A stretch of 64,000 bases of DNA from an uncultured Gemmatimonadales bacterium. GTDB taxonomy: Bacteria; Gemmatimonadota; Gemmatimonadetes; Palauibacterales; Palauibacteraceae. The translations under genes and the position numbers were made by a program. The stretch is from the NCBI GenBank assembly GCA_963783385.1, contig CAWANJ010000003.1, positions 64,001 to 128,000 on the forward strand. The letters run 5' to 3'. The notes beneath the pieces are model-generated. The model worked only from the letters and a program-made list of their open reading frames with translations. It made no database searches and was not told where the DNA came from. Shown here piece after piece: positions 8,899 to 17,583 of the stretch (its first letter is position 1; each line of letters starts with the position of its first letter).

Positions 8899-10847
8899 GC
8901 CACACCTCCCGTCACGGCGAGCCGATCTCGGATCACCTCGTGGATGCTGCCCGGGCGGAGCGGCTCCGCCATCACCCGGGTCCAGCAGTCCACGTCCACC
9001 AGGGTCTGTGCCCGCAGCAGCCAGGCGAGCTGGCCGCGGCGCCGGTTCTCCGGCGTGATGAACGGATCGTCGGGCTCGTCGCTGTAGTTGATCTCCACGG
9101 TCATGACGCGGCCGAAGCGGCCGAACATCTCGGTCAGGCCGGGCGGCAGGGGGGACAGGAACGTGAGGTGGGTCGAGGACACGGACAGTCCCTCGGCCCG
9201 GGCACGGTCCACCGCTTCCTCGATGGCCCCCTTGGTCGAGCCCCACCCCACCACGAGCAGGTCGCCCGAAGCCTCGCCGTACATCGGGGGCGGCGTCAGC
9301 GTGCTCTGCAGCACGGCCAGCTTGCGGCTCCTCGCGCGCGAGGACCTCTGGTTGATCTGCGGGTCGTAGGCGACGTGGCTCTCCTCGTCGTGCGCCAGTC
9401 CCGTGGCCGTGAACTGCCCGCCCTGCTGACCGGGGATGAAGCGCCTGGACAGGCCGGTGCGCGGATCCCACTCGTACGGCCGCGCTCCGTCGGGAACGGC
9501 GCTCTGGTCGGGGGGCGATCCCTGCCACTCGGCCCTCGGCTCGGGCCGGGGGAAGGGCTGGACGCCGGTGGCCAGGTTGGCGTCGGAGAGGACGATGACG
9601 ACGGTCCGGAAGGTCTCGGCGATGCGGCGGGCGAGCACCATCGAATGGAAGCACTCCTCGATGGTGGCCGGCGCCAGCACCACGTGGGGGGCGTCACCCG
9701 GCTGCCCGAACACGGCGGCCAGCAGGTCCGACTGCTCCACCCGCGTCGGGAGCCCGGTGCTGGGGCCGCCCCGCTGGACGTCCACGACCACCAGCGGGGT
9801 CTCCGTCATGATCGCCAGGCCCAGGAACTCGGTCTTGAGGGCCATGCCGGGGCCCGAGGTGATCGTGAAGGCGGTCTTGCCCGAGAACGAGGCGCCGATG
9901 GCCACGCCGGCCGCCGCGATCTCGTCCTCGGCCTGGTGGAGGATCCCGCCGTAGTCCTGGAAGATCTCGGCCAGGTAGTGCGACACGGAGGAGGCCGGCG
10001 TGATCGGGTACATCGACGCCAGCTCGAGCCCGGCCGCGATGGCGCCGAGGGCGATGGCCTGGTTCCCGTTCATGACCACCTTGGCTGCGTCGTCGGGCGT
10101 CGGAGGCACCTCGACCTGGAAGTCCAGGTGCCCTTCGGCCCACCGCATCCCCCGGTCGAGGAGCTCGACGTTGCGGCGAGTGATGTCGTCGTCCTTCTTG
10201 GCGAACCGGCGCGCAATGGCGCCCTCCAGGAGCTCCCGGTCCCGGCCGTAGATGGTGGACAACACGCCGAGCGCGAACATGTTCTTGCCGCGCCGGGCGT
10301 CGTCCACCACCTCGAGGCACTCCTTCTCCATGGGGACGGGGATGATCCGGTAGTCGGCCGAGCCGAGCTCTTCCATGGCCGCGGACCACTGGTCGCGGAT
10401 GTCCGGGTCGTCGTGCTCCTTCCACATGTCCTCGAGGAGGATCGTGGCGTCGGGGGCCAGGGCGCCGGCCCGGTGACGCGCCAGGAGCACCTGTTCGTTG
10501 AAGGCGATCACCAGGTTGGTGTAGTCGCCCCAGTTGGTCATCTCCCGGGAGCCGAGCCGGATCCGGTTGCCGGAGGCGCCCGCCGGGCTTCGGGCCGGCG
10601 GCTCGATCTCGGCGGGAATGATCTCGACCGTCCACACGCCGTTCCCCATGCGGGCCGAGACGGTGCCGAAGATCTTCCCGCACGTCTGGGCGCCCTCGCC
10701 GGAATCGGACACGATCTCGACAATGTGCTGGTCCAGGCGGTGCACGGTCCTGCCATCGGCTTCCCGATGGGCCTGCGCATCGGCGCGAGGGCCGACCGTA
10801 GCCTTTGCCGGAGCGGCGTCGCCGCGGGTCTCGGTGGGCGTGGTCAT
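8895..10847 (-). CDS. korA: 2-oxoacid:ferredoxin oxidoreductase alpha(+gamma) subunit
   Basis: SDSGEGAQ, GNQAIALGA, YPITPAS, QAEDEIAA, TSGPG, QRGGPSTGLPT, GWGST. Confidence 0.93.
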   Translation of the reverse strand: MTTPTETRGDAAPAKATVGPRADAQAHREADGRTVHRLDQHIVEIVSDSGEGAQTCGKIFGTVSARMGNGVWTVEIIPAEIEPPARSPAGASGNRIRLGSREMTNWGDYTNLVIAFNEQVLLARHRAGALAPDATILLEDMWKEHDDPDIRDQWSAAMEELGSADYRIIPVPMEKECLEVVDDARRGKNMFALGVLSTIYGRDRELLEGAIARRFAKKDDDITRRNVELLDRGMRWAEGHLDFQVEVPPTPDDAAKVVMNGNQAIALGAIAAGLELASMYPITPASSVSHYLAEIFQDYGGILHQAEDEIAAAGVAIGASFSGKTAFTITSGPGMALKTEFLGLAIMTETPLVVVDVQRGGPSTGLPTRVEQSDLLAAVFGQPGDAPHVVLAPATIEECFHSMVLARRIAETFRTVVIVLSDANLATGVQPFPRPEPRAEWQGSPPDQSAVPDGARPYEWDPRTGLSRRFIPGQQGGQFTATGLAHDEESHVAYDPQINQRSSRARSRKLAVLQSTLTPPPMYGEASGDLLVVGWGSTKGAIEEAVDRARAEGLSVSSTHLTFLSPLPPGLTEMFGRFGRVMTVEINYSDEPDDPFITPENRRRGQLAWLLRAQTLVDVDCWTRVMAEPLRPGSIHEVIRDRLAVTGGVA

Positions 10848-10914
10848 GCCTGATTCCTGGCTGAGGTCCTGGGGTACGCGCAGCGGTCAAAGGCCGACCC
10901 GACCGCGCCCCGTA

Positions 10915-10929
10915 TGGGGAAATTCCCCA
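10915..10929. promoter_or_regulatory. Palindromic operator-like site TGGGGAA-A-TTCCCCA upstream of korA
   Basis: Perfect 7-1-7 inverted repeat; related copies at 10961-10975, 11849-11863 and 13755-13769. Confidence 0.6.
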
Positions 10930-11113
10930 CACGGCCGTGCGTAGACAGCCCTACCGCGTGCGGGGGATTTCCCGGCTGGTTCGTTCCCGTCGGGCCGGCG
11001 TAGCTTGACCTACCGGTCCGAGGTCGTCGCCCACCGGCGGCCATGCGACCGGAGGTAGGCGGCGGGCCGATCGGGTCCGCCGGAGGCCGGGAGCTCCAGG
11101 CGAGGGTCCCCCC

Positions 11114-11348
11114 ATGAGGATGTACAGAGCGTACTGCTCGGCTTGTGATCGTCCGGTTCGCGTGATCCCGATCTCCGAGTTCCCCGAGGGGGTTCGTCCG
11201 GAGCATGCCTCCGAGACGTCCGTGGTCTGTCTGGATTACGGAGAGGAGTGCACGGGCGCGCTCTGCCCGCTGTTCGAGGTCCCGACCTCCGAGAATGCGT
11301 TCCCTGCTCGAGCGCGCACAGGCCCTGGAGGGCTCGCGGGGCTCCTGA
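11114..11348 (+). CDS. Small Cys-rich protein (CxxC...Cx6Cx4C), probable +1 indel near 11294
   Basis: MRMYRAYCSACD...CLDYGEECTGALCPLFEVP. Removing one A at about 11294 gives ...SEMRSLLERAQALEGSRGS* with TGA at 11346-11348, avoiding overlap with the convergent gene. Confidence 0.65.
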
Positions 11349-11404
11349 GAGAGCCCCGTCACCGCCGTAACGCCGGAGGCCGCGGGTGGATGGCGTCATC
11401 GTTC

Positions 11405-11710
11405 CTACCGCCACCACAGGATCCACCGGCGGATCTCCCGGGCCAGCGACACCCGCCGGCCCATCTCGACAATGCGTCCGGACTCTTCCAGCGTGCTCGC
11501 CTCGCCAGACTTCCTCTCTCCCGGGAGGAACTCCAGGTAGTCGAGCCACCGGTCCTCGGGCACCCGCGCCAGCACGCAATCCCGGGGTCGGCAAAGGTCG
11601 TCGTGGGGACAGTGCAGCGCGTCCGCGGTGAGCGGCCCGGGCTGCAGCGCTTCGAGGTCGACCTCGACCTCTGAATCGCAGCCGGCGCAGTAAGCGAGGA
11701 CCCTGGCCAT
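11405..11710 (-). CDS. Small Cys-rich protein (CxxC...Cx5Cx4C), apparent paralog of 11114 gene
   Basis: MARVLAYCAGCD...CPHDDLCRPRDCVLARVP; RBS GGAGG before ATG at 11710. Confidence 0.75.
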   Translation of the reverse strand: MARVLAYCAGCDSEVEVDLEALQPGPLTADALHCPHDDLCRPRDCVLARVPEDRWLDYLEFLPGERKSGEASTLEESGRIVEMGRRVSLAREIRRWILWWR

Positions 11711-11848
11711 GGCACCCTCCGAGTCGGGCCGGCCAGGGCGTCGCGAGTCCAAGCGCTCGCGAGGCGTGCAGCCGGCGGGGACACTCGTGTTCCATAGAAT
11801 GGCCCTGGCCTTTCGGAGTGTCTGTAAGGAGATGCCACTACACCCGTG

Positions 11849-11863
11849 TGGGGAAACACCCCG
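11849..11863. promoter_or_regulatory. Copy of TGGGGAAAnnCCCCR palindromic site
   Basis: TGGGGAAACACCCCG in a divergent intergenic region. Confidence 0.45.
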
Positions 11864-11936
11864 CAATCCCTGTCGTCCCCCCACCCCCTATCGCGTAGGG
11901 AGTGGCGGCGGGCGCGCGACGGGGTTCCCGGCAACC

Positions 11937-12971
11937 GTGTGCGCCCTCCTGGGGATGGCGGCGGGAGGGCTCCTCGGATCGGCGACGGGTGCTCGGGCAT
12001 GGCAGGCCGAACCGCGCCCCCGCTCCGACCTCGAAGCGGCGTTCCGAAACGCCGCACGGATCCCGGCGCTCACGAGCCTGCTCGTGGCCCGGGGCGACAC
12101 CCTCCTCGGGGAGCGCTACTTCCACGGCGGCTCCGCCGGCCGCGTCGTCAACGTGAAGTCCATCTCGAAGAGCGTGGTGTCGGCGCTGGTCGGCATCGCG
12201 ATCGCCGAGGGCGAGCTGGAGGGGACCAACCGGACGGTCGGAGAGCTCCTGCCCGACTATGCTCCCCGGGTATCCGACCCGCGCAAGCGCGCGATCACGG
12301 TGGAGGACCTCCTGTCGATGCGGGCCGGGCTGGCCACCACCAGCTTCGGCGCCTACGGCGCCTGGGTGACCAGCGACGACTGGATCCTCGCCGCCCTGCG
12401 CCGCCCCCTGGAGTGCGAGCCGGGGACCTGCTGGATCTACAGCACCGGCAACTACCACCTCCTGTCGGTGATCCTCACCCGGGCCACCGGGGTGGACACG
12501 CGAACCTACGCCGCGCGCAAGCTGCTCGGCCCCCTGGGCATCCCGGCGCGGCCCTGGGACCGGGATCCGCGTGGTTACTATCTGGGCGGCAACAACATGG
12601 CATTCACCGCCCGGGAGCTCCTGCGCTTCGGCCAGCTCTACCTGGCGGAAGGGCGTTGGAGGGGTCGGCAGGTGGTCCCGGCGGACTGGGTCCGCGGGTC
12701 CCTGCGACCGCTCGTCGTCTCGTCGTTCAACGGCTACGACTACGGATACGGATGGTGGGGACGGCGCCTGGCGGGCGAGGAGGCCTGGTTCGCCTGGGGG
12801 TACGGCGGTCAGTACGTGATCCTGGTGCCGCGCCTCGCCCTGGTGGTCGTGGCCACGGCGGCGCCGGGGCGGGAAGGGAGCTGGCGCGAAGGCGACCGCG
12901 CCCTGTTCGACCTGCTCGAGGAGGAGGTGATCCCGGTGGTGCGTCGCGACCGGTCTCCGCGGGTCCCGTGA
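11937..12971 (+). CDS. Secreted serine hydrolase, beta-lactamase class C-like family (start uncertain)
   Basis: SxxK (SISK), LLSMRAGL, PGTCWIYSTGN, YGYGWW, AWGYGGQ; signal-peptide-like N-terminus. Confidence 0.85.
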   Translation: MCALLGMAAGGLLGSATGARAWQAEPRPRSDLEAAFRNAARIPALTSLLVARGDTLLGERYFHGGSAGRVVNVKSISKSVVSALVGIAIAEGELEGTNRTVGELLPDYAPRVSDPRKRAITVEDLLSMRAGLATTSFGAYGAWVTSDDWILAALRRPLECEPGTCWIYSTGNYHLLSVILTRATGVDTRTYAARKLLGPLGIPARPWDRDPRGYYLGGNNMAFTARELLRFGQLYLAEGRWRGRQVVPADWVRGSLRPLVVSSFNGYDYGYGWWGRRLAGEEAWFAWGYGGQYVILVPRLALVVVATAAPGREGSWREGDRALFDLLEEEVIPVVRRDRSPRVP

Positions 12972-12989
12972 GGGGCCGGCCCACGCACG

Positions 12990-13664
12990 TCACGCCGCGG
13001 GCTTCCGGTACAGCGCGTTGACCACCACCCGGCGGCCCGGGTCCATGCCGACCGTCACCGTCTCGGTGGGCGCGACGGGCTCGAGCCCGCGCTCCGCCAT
13101 CACCCGGTCGAGCTCGTCCGCCTCGAGCAGGTAGAGGCGCCCGACCCCGACCACCTCGCGCACGTGCGCCTCCCCGGGCACCGGCCGGACGCCTTCCCCG
13201 CGCAGGTCGGTGCCCGGCGCGAAGCTGGCGACCAGGAGCAGGCCATCCGGAGCCAGAACGCGCACCACCTCGGACAGGGTTCGCCGCCATTCCTCCTCCG
13301 AGCTCGCCTGGTGCAGGATGCCCAGGGCCACCACCAATCCGAAGGAGTCATCCGCGAAAGCGCCCAGGTCGTCCATGGTGCCGACCCGTGCCCGACGCTT
13401 GGCCTCGGCCGGGTCCAGCACCTCCATCAGCCGCTCGCGGGTCCTCTCGACCATCGGCTCCGAGGCGTCGAGGGCCTGGACATCGAAGCCCCGCTCCGCC
13501 AGGTAGACGGCGTTGCGCCCCGCGGCGCAGCCGAGGTCCAGGACGCGCGTGGCTCCCGGCTCGGTGAAGTCCCCGACGATCTCGACCAGCCTGTGGTCGG
13601 GATTGCGTCCAGCGAACTTCTCCACCTGCTCGGGGCGACTCCAGAACTCGTCCGGCGGGTGCAT
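12990..13664 (-). CDS. Class I SAM-dependent methyltransferase
   Basis: VLDLGCAAGRN motif I, VQALDAS, RVLAPDG; RBS GGAGG before ATG at 13664. Confidence 0.85.
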   Translation of the reverse strand: MHPPDEFWSRPEQVEKFAGRNPDHRLVEIVGDFTEPGATRVLDLGCAAGRNAVYLAERGFDVQALDASEPMVERTRERLMEVLDPAEAKRRARVGTMDDLGAFADDSFGLVVALGILHQASSEEEWRRTLSEVVRVLAPDGLLLVASFAPGTDLRGEGVRPVPGEAHVREVVGVGRLYLLEADELDRVMAERGLEPVAPTETVTVGMDPGRRVVVNALYRKPAA

Positions 13665-13754
13665 CCCTCCTCCTCGCGTCAGCGCATGGATGGTCGCCCG
13701 GGGTACGCTCGAGGCGTCCTCGTGTTTCGGCCGGCCGATTCGGACCGCGCCCGA

Positions 13755-13769
13755 TGGGAAAACTCCCCA
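13755..13769. promoter_or_regulatory. Copy of TGGGGAAAnnCCCCA palindromic site
   Basis: TGGGAAAACTCCCCA between divergent genes. Confidence 0.5.
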
Positions 13770-13854
13770 CGTACGAGCGGACCGTCCGCCCGACAGACAA
13801 AAGGGGGGCCGCCGCACCAGCTTGAAGGTACCCGGACCACAGCGAGGTGCGTCC

Positions 13855-14247
13855 ATGAGCTACTCGGCTTTCTTCAGCAGCCTCCTCCACTGGATCGCCC
13901 GCGGGATGGAGACCGCCGGCACGCTGATCATCGCCGTGGGCGCGCTGGCGGCCACCGTGACCTTTCTCCGGCTCGCCTTCCGCGCGGGACAGGCCCGCGA
14001 CGCCTACCAGCAGTACCGCGTGGACCTCGGGAGGGCCATCCTCCTCGGGCTCGAGTTCCTGGTGGCCGCCGACATCGTGGGCACGGTCGCCATCGAACCG
14101 ACCTTCCAGAACCTGGGCGTCCTCGCCCTGATCGTGCTCGTGCGCACGGGACTGAGCTTCGCGCTCGAGGTCGAGGTGAACGGCCACTGGCCGTGGCAGA
14201 CGAGCCAGCTGACGCTGAGCTCTTCCAGGACGGAGGAAGCGTCGTGA
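13855..14247 (+). CDS. DUF1622 family membrane protein
   Basis: YRVDLGRAILLGLEFLVAADIVGT...LIVLVRTGLSFALEVE..G.WPW signature. Confidence 0.88.
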   Translation: MSYSAFFSSLLHWIARGMETAGTLIIAVGALAATVTFLRLAFRAGQARDAYQQYRVDLGRAILLGLEFLVAADIVGTVAIEPTFQNLGVLALIVLVRTGLSFALEVEVNGHWPWQTSQLTLSSSRTEEAS

Positions 14248-16266
14248 CCAACTTCGAGGCCCTCCGGGCCCGCATGGTCGAGCGAGACCTCCGGGGACGG
14301 GGCATCACGGACGCGCGCGTTCTGGACGCCATGGGGACGGTGCCTCGCGAGGCGTTCGTCGCTTCCGATCTCCGCGAGTTCGCCTACGAGGATGCGCCCC
14401 TCCCCATCGAGGAGGGACAGACCATCTCCCAGCCGTACATCGTGGCACGCATGCTGGAGGCGCTCCGCCTCCGTGGCGGGGAGGCCGTCCTCGACGTGGG
14501 CACGGGGTCGGGCTATGCGGCGGCCGTGCTGGGCCGCATCGCGGGACGCGTGTATACGATCGAGCGTCACGGACCGCTGGCCGGGGTGGCCCGCCAGCGC
14601 TTCGAGGCGCTCGGCTATGACAACATCGAGGTGCGTCACGGGGACGGGTCGCTCGGCTGGGTCGAGCACGCCCCGTTCGGCGGGATCGTGGTGGCGGCCG
14701 GCGGGCCGGAGATTCCGCAGCCGCTCCTGGATCAGCTCGCCGAGGGCGCCAGCCTGGTGGTGCCGGTGGGAGAGACGCTCCGCTCCCAGCGGCTCGTGCG
14801 GGTGGTGCGGCGTCCGGGGGACCGCTTCGAGGCCGAACGTCTGGAGGCCGTGCGCTTCGTGCCGCTGGTCGGGGAGGCGGGCTGGCTGCCGGCCGAGCTC
14901 GCGGCCTCGGAAGGCTCGGCGGCTCTCGAGCCGGTGCTGGCGGCGCCGGCGGCGGGCCTCGGGCCCGACCGGCCCGTGGTGCGGCTGCTCCGGGAGTCGA
15001 GCGAGCCGTTCGATGACATCGGGGAGGCGGAGCTCGGCTCCCTCGTGGAGCGGATCGGTGACGCCCGGATAGTGCTCCTGGGGGAGGCCACTCACGGCAC
15101 GTCGGAGTTCTACCGCATGCGCGCCCGCATCACCCGAGAGCTCATCGAGCGGCGGGGCTTCCGGATCGTGGCCGTGGAGGCCGACTGGCCCGACGCGGCG
15201 AAGATCGACCACTACGCCCGCCTGCGGGAGACGCCGCCGCCCGAGTGGACCGCCTTCACGCGGTTCCCGACCTGGATGTGGAGGAACCGGGAGGTGCGCG
15301 ACTTCGTGGAGTGGTTGCGGAGCTTCAACGCGGAGCGCGAGCCGGAGGACCGCGTGAGCTTCCATGGGCTGGACCTGTACAGCCTGTTCCGCTCCATCGA
15401 GGCCGTGCTCGCGTACCTGGACCGGGTGGACCCGGACACCGCGCGGGTGGCGCGGGCCCGCTACGGCTGCCTGACGCCGTGGGAGCGAGATCCGGCCGTG
15501 TACGGCCGGGCCGCCCTCAACGGGACGTACCGCACCTGCGAGACGGAGGTCGTGCAGATCCTGCGGGACCTGCTGGCGCGCCGGATGGAGTATGCCGGCC
15601 GGGACGGCGAGACCTTCCTGGACGCGGTGCAGAACGCGCGCCTGGTGGCCAACGCGGAGCGCTACTACCGGATCATGTACTACGGGTCGGTGGAGTCGTG
15701 GAACCTGCGCGACCGCCACATGTTCGACACCCTCTCGACCCTCCTCGCCTTCCGCGGCGCCGATGCCCGTGCGGTCGTGTGGGCGCACAACTCCCATGTC
15801 GGGAACGCCGCGGCCACCGAGATGGGTGCGCGCGGCGAGCACAACGTCGGCCAGCTGTGCCGGCAGGACTTCGGGAACGCCGCGTTCCTGGTCGGGTTCG
15901 GGACCGACGCCGGCACGGTGGCGGCGGCCTCGGAGTGGGGCGGGGCCATGGAGATCAAGGACGTGCGGCCCTCGCACCCCGAGAGCTACGAGCGGCTCTT
16001 CCACGAGAGCGGCCTGGAGGCGGCCCTCCTGCATCTGCGCGACCCGGCGCGTCCGGAAGTGCGCACGGAGCTGGAGCCGTCCGCGGCTGGAGCGCGCCAT
16101 CGGCGTCATCTACCGGCCGGAGACGGAGCTGGCCAGCCACTACTTCCAGGCTTCGCTCCCGCACCAGTTCGACGAGTATGTGTGGTTCGACCGGACGCAC
16201 GCCGTGACGCCCCTGGCCGGACCCGAGCTCGAGGGAGTGCCTGAGACGTATCCGTTCGGACTCTAG
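14244..16266 (+). CDS. pcm: Protein-L-isoaspartate O-methyltransferase fused to erythromycin esterase family domain (frameshift near 16080)
   Basis: GQTISQPY, VLDVGTGSGY, VRFVPL; then LLGEATHGTSEFY, VEADWPD, WNLRDRHM, VWAHNSH. C-terminus RLERAIGVIYRPETE...ETYPFGL is in another frame. Confidence 0.88.
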
Positions 16267-16277
16267 GCCAGACTCGG

Positions 16278-17564
16278 CTACGATCCGACGAGGAGCGCCG
16301 CCGTATCCCGTGCGATCACAAGCTCCTCGTCCGTGGGGATGACCCGAACGTCCGACGCCGCGTCGGGCGACGAGATCACCGGCGCGCCGCGGTGGTTGCG
16401 CTCCGCGTCCAGCCGGACGCCCAGGTAGGCCGCTCCGGCGGCGATCCGGGCCCGGATGGCCGGCGCGTTCTCGCCGATTCCCCCGCTGAACACGAGCGCA
16501 TCGAGGCCTCCGAGGGCGGACGCCATGGCGCCCAGCTGCTTCACCGCCAGGTAGCAGAACAGCTCCACCGCTGCCGCCGCGTCCTCGTCTTCGCCCTCCC
16601 TCTCCAGGAGGCGCCGCATGTCCGGGGAGGACCCCGAAACGCCCAGGAGTCCGGAGCGCCGATTGACCAGCTCGTCGAGCTCGCCGACAGACAGTCCTCG
16701 CTCCCGCAGGAGGTAGAGGAGCACGCCGGGATCCAGGTCCCCGGGCCGCGTGGCCATCATGAGCCCGCCGGCCGGAGTGAAGCCCATGGTGGTATCCACC
16801 GGTCGACCCTCGAGCAGGGCGGCCAGGCTGGCTCCGCTCCCCAGGTGGGCCAGGACGAGGCGACGCGGGAGCCCCGCGGGCCCCGACATCTCCTCCATCC
16901 GGCCCCGCAGGTACTCGTAGGAGAGACCGTGGAAGCCGTAGCGCACCAGGCGGCGGCCGTCGGGCAACGCCGGCAACGGGAGGCGGTGGGCGACCTCCGG
17001 CATGTCCCGGTGGAACGCCGTGTCGAAGCAGGCGACCTGCGGGAGGCCACGGAAGGCATCGGCCGCCGCCCGCATGACCGACAGCTCGGCGGGCAGGTGG
17101 TCCGGCGCTAGCGGAACCAGCGCCTCGAGCGCGTCCAGCACCTCTCCGGTGATCCGGAGCGGCTCCACGAAGCGCTCGCCGCCGTGGACGATGCGGTGCC
17201 CGACCGCGTCGGGGCGCGCCCCGAGCGGCCCGCAGGAGTCCGAGGCGGGGCCTGCCAGCCAGTCGAGGATGGCGGCCAGGGCCCGGCGGTGGTGGGCGGC
17301 GTCGGGAGGGGCTGCCTCCGCGCCGGCGAGCGGCACCACGTTGATCGTCCGACCCGCCCCGTCCTCGATGCGGAGCTCGGCGTGCGGGCCTCCCAGGCCG
17401 GAAGCCCGTCCGGCCAGGAGTCGCTCCTCGCGCGCACCCATCCTGTGGAGGGAGAAACGGAGGCTCGAGGATCCGGCGTTCAGCGTGAGGATCCGCGGCC
17501 CCATGGCCGGCGCTCCCGCGCTTTCCGTCGATCCGGAGTGCGGGCCCCGGCCCCCGGACGGCAT
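16278..17564 (-). CDS. ackA: Acetate/propionate kinase
   Basis: LTLNAGSSS, VGHRIVHGG, ACFDTAFH, RYGFHGLSY, DTTMGFTP, FSGGIGEN, TDEE. Confidence 0.93.
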   Translation of the reverse strand: MPSGGRGPHSGSTESAGAPAMGPRILTLNAGSSSLRFSLHRMGAREERLLAGRASGLGGPHAELRIEDGAGRTINVVPLAGAEAAPPDAAHHRRALAAILDWLAGPASDSCGPLGARPDAVGHRIVHGGERFVEPLRITGEVLDALEALVPLAPDHLPAELSVMRAAADAFRGLPQVACFDTAFHRDMPEVAHRLPLPALPDGRRLVRYGFHGLSYEYLRGRMEEMSGPAGLPRRLVLAHLGSGASLAALLEGRPVDTTMGFTPAGGLMMATRPGDLDPGVLLYLLRERGLSVGELDELVNRRSGLLGVSGSSPDMRRLLEREGEDEDAAAAVELFCYLAVKQLGAMASALGGLDALVFSGGIGENAPAIRARIAAGAAYLGVRLDAERNHRGAPVISSPDAASDVRVIPTDEELVIARDTAALLVGS

Positions 17565-17583
17565 CCGTGCCTCCCTCAGGCTC

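Noticed and set aside
11937-12971. Serine hydrolase as the beta-lactamase target of the BlaI/M56 pair
   Set aside because: It is more than 40 kb away with no TACA-nn-TGTA box upstream, and its motifs fit a generic esterase/amidase.
16060-16100. Programmed ribosomal frameshifting in pcm-esterase, cfa, desaturase or RND
   Set aside because: No slippery heptamers were seen, and the number of affected unrelated genes points to sequencing error.
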